This document shows, in pieces, positions 55,221-64,000 of a stretch of DNA of 64,000 nucleotides (its first letter is position 1; each line of letters begins with the position of its first letter). Source of the stretch: Epithemia pelagica (taxonomy: Eukaryota; Protista; Bacillariophyta); contig OX337233.1 in assembly GCA_946965045.2 (NCBI GenBank), positions 3,658,001 to 3,722,000 on the forward strand, given 5' to 3'. The notes under the pieces are model-generated. The model worked only from the letters and a program-made list of their open reading frames with translations. It searched no databases and was not told where the DNA came from. Position numbers and translations under genes: made by a program.

Positions 55221-58200
55221 CAGAGTGTTGGGTGGATTGATGACTCTGGTAACAGCGTATCTCCTTCTTCTAGAAAAAACGGTTCCTCTTACTTCTCATC
55301 TCTCTACCCTCCATCACCACCAATCACACGAAGACAACCAATTACAATCCCTCCAGTTCCGAGTGATATTCCTTTTCAAGTTCCAAAAGCACCAACTCCG
55401 TTAATTCCCCAAGTCTTTTCTGATGAACGCCGAATCTCTTCTTCTGATGTGAAGGAAAAGATCTTACGACCGTCGCCAGCCCCCTCTGAACCGACAGTCT
55501 GTTTCCAAAAGAGTTTCAAGACCAAAATTTTCGATCGATATAAGCCCGCATCGACAGTTGCGAATTCTCATTCCCCCAAGATTGACTGCACGACCCAACC
55601 AATCTTACGTTCCCCCCAGGATGAATCTCGGAGTTCTCAATCCTTGGCTCCGTCTACAGACCCTTCTACCGTACCAGCAACTGCAGATTTCATTCGGAAC
55701 ATTGAAGAAGCTTCCATTCGGAACCACGAGCAAGGCGATGTTCTCTTGACCCCCAAGCCTAACCAACTAATTCCTTTTGGTAAACCGCGATCGTTTGGCT
55801 CGCCTTCTCCCATCATCTCATCCGATTTGACTGGGAAATCCCTCCAAAGGAACCTTTCCAGACTTGAATCTGAGATCGAACTCGGAGAATCTATGTTAGG
55901 TGAGTCCGACCCTGTTTGCCCCCAAAATCTTTCTACCAACAACCACGACAATCCCTCCCTTGTTGACTTTCAAGGAGACAACCACTATCTACCAAATGAC
56001 CCATCGCTAATCTTTACGAATAAGATACGGCGCCCACCACTAGCTACACCGACCCATATCCACAAGATCGACACTATTCTGGCCATCAGCGAGGAAGTTG
56101 TCCCAGCACCACTCCCTTCACCATTCCAACACCAGACATCTGCCAAAGCTGCGAAGTTTAATTCGGACTTGATCAAAAAATTCGACTTCGACCTCCAGAA
56201 ACTTTTTGATGCCTACCCAGGCACGACAATCAGCCCCGGTTCTGAATTTCGTCCACTGAGTTCCATCGCCCGGCTCCTTCGTCATCACCCATTCTGGAAT
56301 CGGATTCAAGATACCTTACGCCATGGAGCCAGTTATGAATTCAAGCCACTTCCCCCAGATATAAATCGTCAGTTCGAGAATGATGCGATTCTCGCATACG
56401 GCAATCACGCTTCAGCCCGAAAACGTCCTGAAGCTTTGATCAAGGTGTGTAAAAAGGATACCAAATTTGGATACTCCTTCCCCATTTCCTTCGACTGCGC
56501 TCGCCAGATCCAACAAGGCAGAGCTGGACCACTCGGTGTTGCTCAACACGCCGGTATTGATGAGCATGGGAACATTGTGATCAAGGACCGTTTAGCCCAT
56601 GATCAGTCCTTCTCCCTCGGCTTCGCACCGTCTCTAAACGACTTAGTCGACGAATCCGAGTTGATTGATTTGGTATTCGGGTGGTGTCTCGATAGGATCA
56701 TCCACCAGATTGTCGCATTAAGACTAAAATTTCCAGACAAGCGCATCCTTGTTTGCAAGTTCGACTGGGGGTCCGCATACCGTTGCATCAACGGCGACGG
56801 TATCCTGGTAGCGAACACAATCACAACGGATGTGAGTGGAGAATTTGCAAATCTCCTCACTCGACTCACCTTCGGCGGCCGCCCACATCCTGCGATGTTC
56901 AGCGTTTTTTCGGAGGCATCCTGCGACCTCTGCAACGATGTTGCGGATTTGGACGAGTGGGAGCCTTCGAAAGTTCGTTCACCACTCCAGGACTTGATGG
57001 GTGACGTCCAACGACTTGACGACTCTATTCCTTTCCATGCCGGCCAACCGATGGCGGTGGATGTAGAACCACGACCACAAGGATACCACGACGTGTATAT
57101 TGATGATATGATTCAATTGTTTGTGGATTGTCCGGAGCACATCAATCGAGCACCGGGAATTGTCCCACTGGTCCTTCACCTACTTGTCCGACCATCAAGA
57201 CCAGACGAACCGATCGACCGCAATGATATTTTGGCCGCAGACAAAATGAAAGCGGAAGGAGCCCCATCCGAAGAAATGCGAGTCCTCGGATGGATAATCG
57301 ACACTCGTAGATTGTTGATGCGACTCCCATTCGACAAGTTTACATGCTGGTCACGAGAAGTTGGAGAGTGGATTGACCCGAAACGGGTTTATGTCACGTT
57401 TAAAGAACTTGAGTCGATGTTGGGGAAGATGATTCACGCCTGTAAAGGCATCCCCCTAGCTCTTTACCACACGAAGCGAACACAAGAGCTAAAAGAGCAC
57501 ATCCTCAAGAAACACCGAGCTAAATACGGCCGAGCACGACGGCAGAACAAAGAAACTCGTGATACTCCTTCGGCTCAGCACCAAGACCGCCCGAAACCTT
57601 GGTTCCGATACAAGATCCCAAAAGCCATCAAACAAGACCTTCGCATTTGGTCCAAACTGCTTGAAAAAGCACACAAAGGAGTGAGTCTGAACCTTCTCAC
57701 ATGTCGCTGCCCAACGAATGTCGTGCTAGCAGACTCTTGCCCATACGGCATGGGCGGATTCTCTATACGTACCGGGAAAGCTTGGCACGTGCCTTTAGAC
57801 CCCGAGATCTACGCCCTCGCGGCCAACCAATCCGAAATGGAACAGGACGAACTGGGCCAAGACCCAGACCTGAAGCTCTCGAACAACCTATTCGAGTTCG
57901 TTTGCCAGGTCGTCACGATCTGGGTTGATTGTTGCGACGGCGCCATCACATCCGAATCATGTGTCCTGGGACTTTCGGACAGCAGCTCAGCGACTGGATG
58001 GATGCACAAGTCATCCTTTGAGTCCAACAAGCCCAACCACCAACGGGTCTCAGCAAAACTGACAGAGTTAGTGCTGGAGTACAACTTTCTGCTCCATCCT
58101 GAGCACATACCAGGGACAACAAACGTGGTTACTGACCTTTTATCGCGGACGTTTGATTGTTGTGATGAAACTCTCACTCAGCGTATCCACGATTTATATC

Positions 58201-58601
58201 CTTCACAGATTCCGAAGAACTTCCGGATTTGCCACCTACCCAGCGAAGTGCGGTCATGGATCTCATCCGTCGCACCGCTGCTGCAAGAATTTTCTTTGGA
58301 CGCGTCGAATCGTCCAACGAAGCCATCGACAGAACTTGGCGTCGATGGCTCCAACACCTCGACCTCTTCCGACTTCGAGACGACCCCTTTTTGGACGGCA
58401 TCAAGACCGTTCGAACGAGATCGCAGATCGTCGGCACCTTCTTGCAGAGACTCCGAGATGGAGCTTTCACAAGAGGGGCTACGGACCCTCTTCGAGCGTC
58501 AACTCTCGAGAAGACCCTTAGCGACGTGGCATCGCGCTTCCGGTATAACGACCGGCCAAGCCCCTGCCACGTCCCGGGATGCAACCGGTATCACCCCATA
58601 A
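55221..58601 (+). CDS. Ngaro ORF2: reverse transcriptase + RNase H, in frame with ORF1 after a single TGA
   Basis: KFDWGSAYR, RLTFGG, VYIDDMI, LGWIID; RH LADSCPYGMGG, NLFE, SDSSSA, HIPGTTNVVTDLLSR. The frame is open from 55221. The track's start at 55449 is a GTG. Confidence 0.9.
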   Translation, partial: QSVGWIDDSGNSVSPSSRKNGSSYFSSLYPPSPPITRRQPITIPPVPSDIPFQVPKAPTPLIPQVFSDERRISSSDVKEKILRPSPAPSEPTVCFQKSFKTKIFDRYKPASTVANSHSPKIDCTTQPILRSPQDESRSSQSLAPSTDPSTVPATADFIRNIEEASIRNHEQGDVLLTPKPNQLIPFGKPRSFGSPSPIISSDLTGKSLQRNLSRLESEIELGESMLGESDPVCPQNLSTNNHDNPSLVDFQGDNHYLPNDPSLIFTNKIRRPPLATPTHIHKIDTILAISEEVVPAPLPSPFQHQTSAKAAKFNSDLIKKFDFDLQKLFDAYPGTTISPGSEFRPLSSIARLLRHHPFWNRIQDTLRHGASYEFKPLPPDINRQFENDAILAYGNHASARKRPEALIKVCKKDTKFGYSFPISFDCARQIQQGRAGPLGVAQHAGIDEHGNIVIKDRLAHDQSFSLGFAPSLNDLVDESELIDLVFGWCLDRIIHQIVALRLKFPDKRILVCKFDWGSAYRCINGDGILVANTITTDVSGEFANLLTRLTFGGRPHPAMFSVFSEASCDLCNDVADLDEWEPSKVRSPLQDLMGDVQRLDDSIPFHAGQPMAVDVEPRPQGYHDVYIDDMIQLFVDCPEHINRAPGIVPLVLHLLVRPSRPDEPIDRNDILAADKMKAEGAPSEEMRVLGWIIDTRRLLMRLPFDKFTCWSREVGEWIDPKRVYVTFKELESMLGKMIHACKGIPLALYHTKRTQELKEHILKKHRAKYGRARRQNKETRDTPSAQHQDRPKPWFRYKIPKAIKQDLRIWSKLLEKAHKGVSLNLLTCRCPTNVVLADSCPYGMGGFSIRTGKAWHVPLDPEIYALAANQSEMEQDELGQDPDLKLSNNLFEFVCQVVTIWVDCCDGAITSESCVLGLSDSSSATGWMHKSSFESNKPNHQRVSAKLTELVLEYNFLLHPEHIPGTTNVVTDLLSRTFDCCDETLTQRIHDLYPSQIPKNFRICHLPSEVRSWISSVAPLLQEFSLDASNRPTKPSTELGVDGSNTSTSSDFETTPFWTASRPFERDRRSSAPSCRDSEMELSQEGLRTLFERQLSRRPLATWHRASGITTGQAPATSRDATGITP

Positions 58602-59566
58602 TCGAGTCCCTTAAAAAAGCTTGGGCTCAAATCGACCCAGACGAGAAACGACAAAAAGCGATCACTCCACGCCACCTTCGATTCATGTGGGAGTACGCCA
58701 CAAAAACCCATGGCGACATCGACCTGTCAACCTTTGAGGCTTGCATCGCTGACCTCGCCCTCGCCGGATACTTTTTTGCGATGCGGAGTTGCGAGTACTC
58801 CACAGTAAAACAACGTGGGAAAACGAAGTTGCTGACGATAGGCAACATTTGCTTCAAACGCAACGACGAGTTGCGATCCAAGATTAGACCGACCGACCCC
58901 GACTTCAACGAGAAGGCCTTCTTCGTCTCAATCACGTTCACTCAACAAAAATCCGACAAGAAATACGAAACAAGAACCCAAAGCCGAACTCACGACCCTG
59001 TCCTGTGCCCCGTTCGACTTTGGGGACGCATTGTCCGTCGCATCCTCCATTATATGCCAGATGCGCCCCCAACAACGCCGGTTAATTGTTGGTTCGACCC
59101 ACAACAACTGTCGACCAACACGCAACCAAAACCGAGATACATCCGCGCGGAAGACACCATCAAACTCCTTCGGACGACCTGCACTTCGGGAGAAGGACAA
59201 TCGACCTTTGGATACCGACCGATGGAAATCGGCACCCATTCACTCCGCTCCGGGGCCGCCATGGCGCTCTTTCTTGCCCACACTTCGGTTCTGAAAATAA
59301 TGATTCTTGGCAGATGGTCGTCGGCAGCCTTTCTCCGGTACATTCGTCCACAAGTGATGGAATGGACGGCCGGAATGTCAACGGCCATGTTGACAAATCC
59401 AGACTTCCGCCATGTCGACCCGGCCAATCAAACAACAATGGATCAAGGAGACATCGACGCAATCCAATCCAATATCGAAGCAGCAATCGAGTCTCCTGAG
59501 GAAATCAAGTTCAATGGCTCCGTTGCATTCGGAACCTTTTCGACGCAGTTGAATCTGGAGTTTTGA
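58256..59566 (+). CDS. Ngaro ORF3: tyrosine recombinase, overlapping the 3' end of ORF2 by ~346 bp
   Basis: FFAMRSCEY (R), HSLRSGAA (HxxR), LGRWSSAAFLRYIR (W, Y). First ATG at 58256. Confidence 0.93.
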   Translation: MDLIRRTAAARIFFGRVESSNEAIDRTWRRWLQHLDLFRLRDDPFLDGIKTVRTRSQIVGTFLQRLRDGAFTRGATDPLRASTLEKTLSDVASRFRYNDRPSPCHVPGCNRYHPIIESLKKAWAQIDPDEKRQKAITPRHLRFMWEYATKTHGDIDLSTFEACIADLALAGYFFAMRSCEYSTVKQRGKTKLLTIGNICFKRNDELRSKIRPTDPDFNEKAFFVSITFTQQKSDKKYETRTQSRTHDPVLCPVRLWGRIVRRILHYMPDAPPTTPVNCWFDPQQLSTNTQPKPRYIRAEDTIKLLRTTCTSGEGQSTFGYRPMEIGTHSLRSGAAMALFLAHTSVLKIMILGRWSSAAFLRYIRPQVMEWTAGMSTAMLTNPDFRHVDPANQTTMDQGDIDAIQSNIEAAIESPEEIKFNGSVAFGTFSTQLNLEF

Positions 59567-59620
59567 GAACAAGATCCAAACGAGTCTGACACTTCCGAGA
59601 TGCCTTCCTCTTCAATGGTG

Positions 59621-60108
59621 GTGGGAGCCATCTTGGTTCCTTCTGGGCCTTTCGGCAAACGTGTGTGTCTACATCCTAGCACTCTCTCCTACTAGCTACT
59701 GTGACGACCTCGCGACAACACAGACCGCTCCAACCTGCAGGATGTGTTCGCTGGGTCGATCCCCGCGGTGTCTGTCGTGCGTACGTTGGAGCGGGGCAGT
59801 TGATCGCACATAGACTACGACAAGCCCCACCGGACTTGGACATCTCTGATGCGATGTCCATGCTCACAATTCTTGAGATTGCGAGCATTGCAACTGCCAT
59901 CTTGAGAGGTCTACACAGAGATAGATAGACTAAGACAATCAAAAATTCCCCTTTCCCGCCCGTGGGAGCCATCTTGGTTCCTTCTGGGCCTTTCGGCAAA
60001 CGTGTGTGTCTACATCCTAGCACTCTCTCCTACTAGCTACTGTGACGACCTCGCGACAACACAGACCGCTCCAACCTGCAGGATGTGTTCGCTGGGTCGA
60101 TCCCCGCG
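59621..60108 (+). repeat. Split direct repeats B1 (59621-59767), A2 (59768-59945), 16-bp spacer, B2 (59962-60108)
   Basis: B1 = B2 (147 bp, GTGGGAGCC...CCCCGCG). A2 = A1. Confidence 0.95.
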
Positions 60109-60154
60109 CTGGAAGTCTCAGTTCCTCTCTGGTCGTTCTCTCATCCTCATTCGT

Positions 60155-60189
<35 letters not shown>

Positions 60190-60191
60190 CA

Positions 60192-61748
60192 ATGACATCG
60201 AGAATTCCTGATGGTTCTTCGGACTGGGACAAGTTGCAATTGGCCTTGGAAACCTTGACAACGCAATTGGGACTCACTGGCAATGGCAGTGTGGCATCCG
60301 ATGTGATGGACTTTTGGACCAACTTGCCCGTGGCGCAACAATATGGCATTGTGTTAGGCTGCATAACCTTTACCTGTACCGTTGGTACCGTACTGTTGCT
60401 GTTAATTTGGGGTGGATCCTTTCAACGAATGCAACAACAAGCCATTACTGGACAAGCCACCCTGCTCAGTCCCACCCAAGAACGACAAGAGCGACCCCTC
60501 TTGTTGCAACACTTGTTGGATGCGCGAGAGTACATGATGAAGCTGCAACAACATGGACAGCAACAAACGACCAACGCGAACAACAAGGATGCCGCCACAC
60601 TGACCCCCTTGACGACCATGTTGCTCAATGTCGTGCCGCCGCATTTGAACAAGAAGCAAACCAAGCAAAACCAACAAGAACAAAAGGAAGAATTGGAAAC
60701 GTACGAGCGCCTTTACAAAGTGGCCTACCGGTCTTGTCAAGATGCACCGGGTGGTGCCATTTTGGCCGGTCGTCCCGAAGCGCGCTACGAAGCCTATGCT
60801 CGTGCCTATGCCGGATGTGGCGTGGGTTTGGCGCCAGCCTCCAACCAAAACAAGGACGACAACAACAACGACAAGGATGCAAAACTACGTCAACCCATTG
60901 TGCAATCGTGTTATCGTCGTTCCTATGCGCGGTTGTACGAAGCCACGGCCTGTTCGTCCTTGGCCTCCGATACCTTGTACAGTGAACGATTTCAATCCCA
61001 TCCGCAAGACATTATCGGTCGGTGGGTCCGATTGCAAGCCTTGCAACTGGACGCCCATTTGCAAGACTTGTTTGAGGCTACCAGTGGAGCGCCGACAGTA
61101 TCCACCAAGGCGTTTAATCCTCAAGAATTGTGGGCCTTTTTGCCCCAAGGACCCTTTGCCACATCCACCGAACTGGCCCAGTCCTTTGTGTTTGGACATG
61201 ACGACAACCACCAAAACAATAACAACAAGGCCTATTTTGCCATTCTACACAATGTGACCAATCAACTCGTGGGATGGATTGGGTTGAGTCACAATGATCC
61301 TGCCAATTTGTCGATTCAATTGGAAGCACCGATTGTGGCACCCAAGTGGCACAATACCAAGTACGATTTGGAAGCTTGCTTCTTGTTACTCGATCGATGC
61401 TTGTATGGCTATGGCTATCGACGCGTCCAATTGTCCTTGGATCAACACGATGCCACCCAACGCAAACTCGTGGCCATGCGCTGTGGATTTGTCCTCGAAG
61501 GCATTTTGCATCGTCATTTACTCATCAAAGAGAGCAGTCGAGATTCCACCATTTACGCTCTCTTAAACAAGGATTGGAATGCCACCAATGGGCCACGCAC
61601 CATGCTCATGACGCGTCTCTATGGTAAGGCGACCGTCCTGGCCGATCAACGCAATGAAGCACGAGAAGCCGAACGAGAAGCACAAGACTTGATTTTGCAA
61701 ATCAATCAAACCAAACCAAAAAAGACGACGACCACCAAGAAACAGTAA
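60192..61748 (+). CDS. Membrane-anchored GNAT acetyltransferase (RimJ/RimL-like C-terminal domain)
   Basis: N-terminal TM helix YGIVLGCITFTCTVGTVLLLLIWG. C-terminal LVGWIGL, GYGYRRVQL, RCGFVLEGILHRH, RDSTIYALLNKDW. Confidence 0.8.
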   Translation: MTSRIPDGSSDWDKLQLALETLTTQLGLTGNGSVASDVMDFWTNLPVAQQYGIVLGCITFTCTVGTVLLLLIWGGSFQRMQQQAITGQATLLSPTQERQERPLLLQHLLDAREYMMKLQQHGQQQTTNANNKDAATLTPLTTMLLNVVPPHLNKKQTKQNQQEQKEELETYERLYKVAYRSCQDAPGGAILAGRPEARYEAYARAYAGCGVGLAPASNQNKDDNNNDKDAKLRQPIVQSCYRRSYARLYEATACSSLASDTLYSERFQSHPQDIIGRWVRLQALQLDAHLQDLFEATSGAPTVSTKAFNPQELWAFLPQGPFATSTELAQSFVFGHDDNHQNNNNKAYFAILHNVTNQLVGWIGLSHNDPANLSIQLEAPIVAPKWHNTKYDLEACFLLLDRCLYGYGYRRVQLSLDQHDATQRKLVAMRCGFVLEGILHRHLLIKESSRDSTIYALLNKDWNATNGPRTMLMTRLYGKATVLADQRNEAREAEREAQDLILQINQTKPKKTTTTKKQ

Positions 61749-61921
61749 TAGAACACAAGCCACCATCCTAGTATTCGTAGCCCTATCTTCCTTGTTTACT
61801 GCCTTGCACCAAGGACCTCCTTCTCGGTAGCGTAATATCCGTAGATTGAGGTCGGTATCCGTATGAGACATGAGAGATCGTGCGTTGCCAGAAAGGACGT
61901 CCCTTTGGCCAACGTTTGCTG

Positions 61922-62314
61922 CAAGACTGTTTCCACTAGAAAAAGCGTTCCACCCACATTGCTCTTCTCTAGAGAGTAGACACCATGGTAATAACAAACG
62001 AAAATCTATTTTTTTAAAATGGTTCCATGGAACCGTGCGTTCCGAAACACACGTGTATCATAACGAACGACGACGAAACAATTGAGAGAGAAATAGGAAT
62101 AAAAAACACCACACAAGACAAGACTGTTTCCACTAGAAAAAGCGTTCCACCCACATTGCTCTTCTCTAGAGAGTAGACACCATGGTAATAACAAACGAAA
62201 ATCTATTTTTTTAAAATGGTTCCATGGAACCGTGCGTTCCGAAACACACGTGTATCATAACGAACGACGACGAAACAATTGAGAGAGAAATAGGAATAAA
62301 AACACCACACAAGA
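61922..62314. repeat. Near-perfect tandem duplication, 2 x ~197 bp
   Basis: CAAGACTGTTTCCACTAG... starts at 61922 and 62119. The copies differ by one A in a homopolymer. Each contains the palindrome GGTTCCATGGAACC. Confidence 0.93.
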
Positions 62315-62631
62315 CAAACCACAGTCCCATTCCGGGCGTTCATCTTGTTCCATTCCGGTTGGAACGAATGGGTGGTGACACAATATAGTATAGAACAACC
62401 GTCCAATTCGGTGCAATAGACAAACATCATCATCATAAGAGTATTCTCTCGTCTTGAGCGGAGGAGAAAAAGTAACAGTTTTGGAATAGTCAGAAAACGA
62501 AAACACAGAGCGACGCGTAGGTCGCACACTTGAAATTTTTTGGGAAAGCGGGTGAAAAGTGAAATCTCGTGGTACTTGTGTAGTTGGGTGGGTATAATTC
62601 TCGTGGTAGAATAGATAGCAGTAGTGGTCCC

Positions 62632-64000
62632 TTAGGTGCGCGACAGGAACTGACTCGAGTCTTCGGCCCCGGACAATTTGAGAATGGAGGCCAAGTCATC
62701 AGCAAAGTCTCCAAAGAGGCTTTCGCCTTCGCTCCAGGTCGAGGCCCGCATGCGATGGTCCGCCGTTGTCGGCTCCAGGGGCGCCAGGAGCGCTGGTTCT
62801 TCCTGATCAAAGCTCGAAACGCGAAAGACATCGGCCAATCCGGGTGTCGTCGTCAACGGGGCGTCTTCCCGGACGGCGCCAAAGTTGGAGGCAAACCGGT
62901 CAATGCCAAATTCATCCGCCGTCTGGGACATGGGGGGCAAGGATGTCGCCGACGACGTCCGGGCGCGATTTCCCAGAGAGGAAACGACCGAACGTTGCGG
63001 CAACAACGACGAAGATGGCGGAAGCACATCGGACGAAAAGGCGCGTTCTCGTCCTACAGCAGATGGCAAAGCCTGCGATTGCGAAAACATGGTATCCGAA
63101 GAAAAGGCACGATCTCGGGGCGGCAAGACACCCGTACCGCTGGCTTCCGAAAAGGTTCGTTCGCGCACTTCCAGATCCATCATAGGAGACATGGTGGTCG
63201 CTCGGCGTCGATTTTCCTCCAATTCACTCGAGTAATTCACTGGATTGCTGCTCGTGGGAGCCATCAAATACACATCCGAGGGAAGACCACCAGCCTTGGG
63301 ACCCGATCCTCCATTGCCAATACTCAAGGTTTCCCAATTTTCGGAGCGAGGGTCCGATGAGTGCCAGCCTGGATCGTTTCGAGGACGAAATCCAGCCAGA
63401 GCTGGAGATACGGATCGGACTACCGGTGGTTGTTGCACTCGAGGGGCAGGAGCTACAGGAGGTTCCGAGAGCGTTCGTCCAACCGAGCCTCCCAGCTCGA
63501 CTCCCGGGGACGGAGCATGGCGGCGCGGCGCACTGCCATTCTTGCTGGCAGCCTCCGCTTGCAACCGTGCCTTGGTCATTTCCTTCAATTCTTGCACCGT
63601 GAGACCATGAGGAAGTTTGGATTTCTGTTGGGGTTTATTATTAACATTCGGAATCGTCGCGAGAGATGGATCCGTGGAAAATTGATTGGAATGAACCGGA
63701 ACGGAACGTCCTCCTCCATGCCCTTGACCAGAACTGCGTTCATAGGAATAGGGATCGACCGCCGCCGGAGGGGGAGGAGCTGCCGGTCCGTAAGATGGTG
63801 GAGGAGGAATCCGCTGTTGCGAATACAAATGCGGTGTAGAAGAAGGAGGATTCGGTCGAACAGTGGACGGACGCGTAGGAGGAGCATTGGTCCTTGTGGC
63901 TCGGGTCGGCGCCGGGGCCAAGACGACCGGATGAGCATGGTATCCTGGAGCCGAAGATGTGGCCTTTGGAGTATTCGTAGGGCCTCCACGATTGTTCTGT
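62632..64000 (-). CDS. Hypothetical P/S-rich protein, probably starting beyond the window edge
   Basis: Frame of at least 429 aa. The track's start at 63921 is a TTG and the frame stays open toward the edge. Contains the ordered island KLPHGLTVQELKEMTKARLQAE and repeated RxRxFS motifs. Confidence 0.65.
   Translation of the reverse strand, partial: QNNRGGPTNTPKATSSAPGYHAHPVVLAPAPTRATRTNAPPTRPSTVRPNPPSSTPHLYSQQRIPPPPSYGPAAPPPPAAVDPYSYERSSGQGHGGGRSVPVHSNQFSTDPSLATIPNVNNKPQQKSKLPHGLTVQELKEMTKARLQAEAASKNGSAPRRHAPSPGVELGGSVGRTLSEPPVAPAPRVQQPPVVRSVSPALAGFRPRNDPGWHSSDPRSENWETLSIGNGGSGPKAGGLPSDVYLMAPTSSNPVNYSSELEENRRRATTMSPMMDLEVRERTFSEASGTGVLPPRDRAFSSDTMFSQSQALPSAVGRERAFSSDVLPPSSSLLPQRSVVSSLGNRARTSSATSLPPMSQTADEFGIDRFASNFGAVREDAPLTTTPGLADVFRVSSFDQEEPALLAPLEPTTADHRMRASTWSEGESLFGDFADDLASILKLSGAEDSSQFLSRT

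Larger units (their letters stand above)
52201..60108 (+). mobile_element. Ngaro-type tyrosine-recombinase (DIRS-order) retrotransposon, 7908 bp, apparently intact
   Basis: Split direct repeats A1-ORFs-B1-A2-B2. ORFs are gag-like, RT/RNase H and YR. No methyltransferase domain seen and no TSD. Host sequence is continuous across the element compared with the paralogous empty sites at ~44455 and ~48345. Confidence 0.93.

Noticed and set aside
59621-60108. CRISPR-like or simple tandem array
   Set aside because: The repeats are 147-178 bp in a B-A-B layout that pairs with 52201-52378. These are DIRS split direct repeats, with no spacers or cas genes.
60042-60191. Ngaro B2 repeat supplying an in-frame N-terminal extension to the GNAT
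   Set aside because: The track's start is a GTG, and the extension is read through a (CAT)n/poly-Ser tract. The paralogous fragments start at the downstream ATG.
62021-62034. Helitron 3' hairpin
   Set aside because: No CTRR terminus at the expected distance on either strand, and no matching 5' TC end identified.

Overview
Eukaryotic nuclear DNA, most likely from a pennate diatom. This is inferred from CoDi-type copia and Ambal-type LINE elements, short spliceosomal introns and low-complexity S/T/Q-rich proteins. About 40% of the window is mobile DNA of five kinds, each bounded from the sequence. (1) A full-length Ty1/copia element (547-8721, 758-bp LTRs, GGGTT TSD) with an extra 5' ORF and a PBS matching the tRNA-Asn anticodon arm. 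(2) An intron-containing Crypton-like tyrosine-recombinase element (~20760-24887). (3) A 5'-truncated RNase H-bearing LINE with a 19-bp TSD and an oligo-T 3' end (27430-32767). (4) A MITE (~35070-35558). (5) An apparently intact Ngaro-type tyrosine-recombinase retrotransposon with split direct repeats (52201-60108), whose ORF1 and RT ORF are separated by a single in-frame TGA. Host genes: a secreted phytase-like beta-propeller protein, DDI1, a beta-hydroxyacid dehydrogenase-cupin fusion, RER1, a TPMT-family methyltransferase, a SENP/Ulp1 SUMO protease, a membrane-anchored RimJ/RimL-type GNAT and several unknowns. Five intronless coiled-coil-Kelch paralogues lie in two oppositely oriented clusters. 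They share an upstream motif with the SENP/GNAT divergent intergenic region and differ most at predicted ligand-binding loops. No RNA genes or CRISPR arrays were found. All family assignments come from motif recognition by eye, not from database searches.
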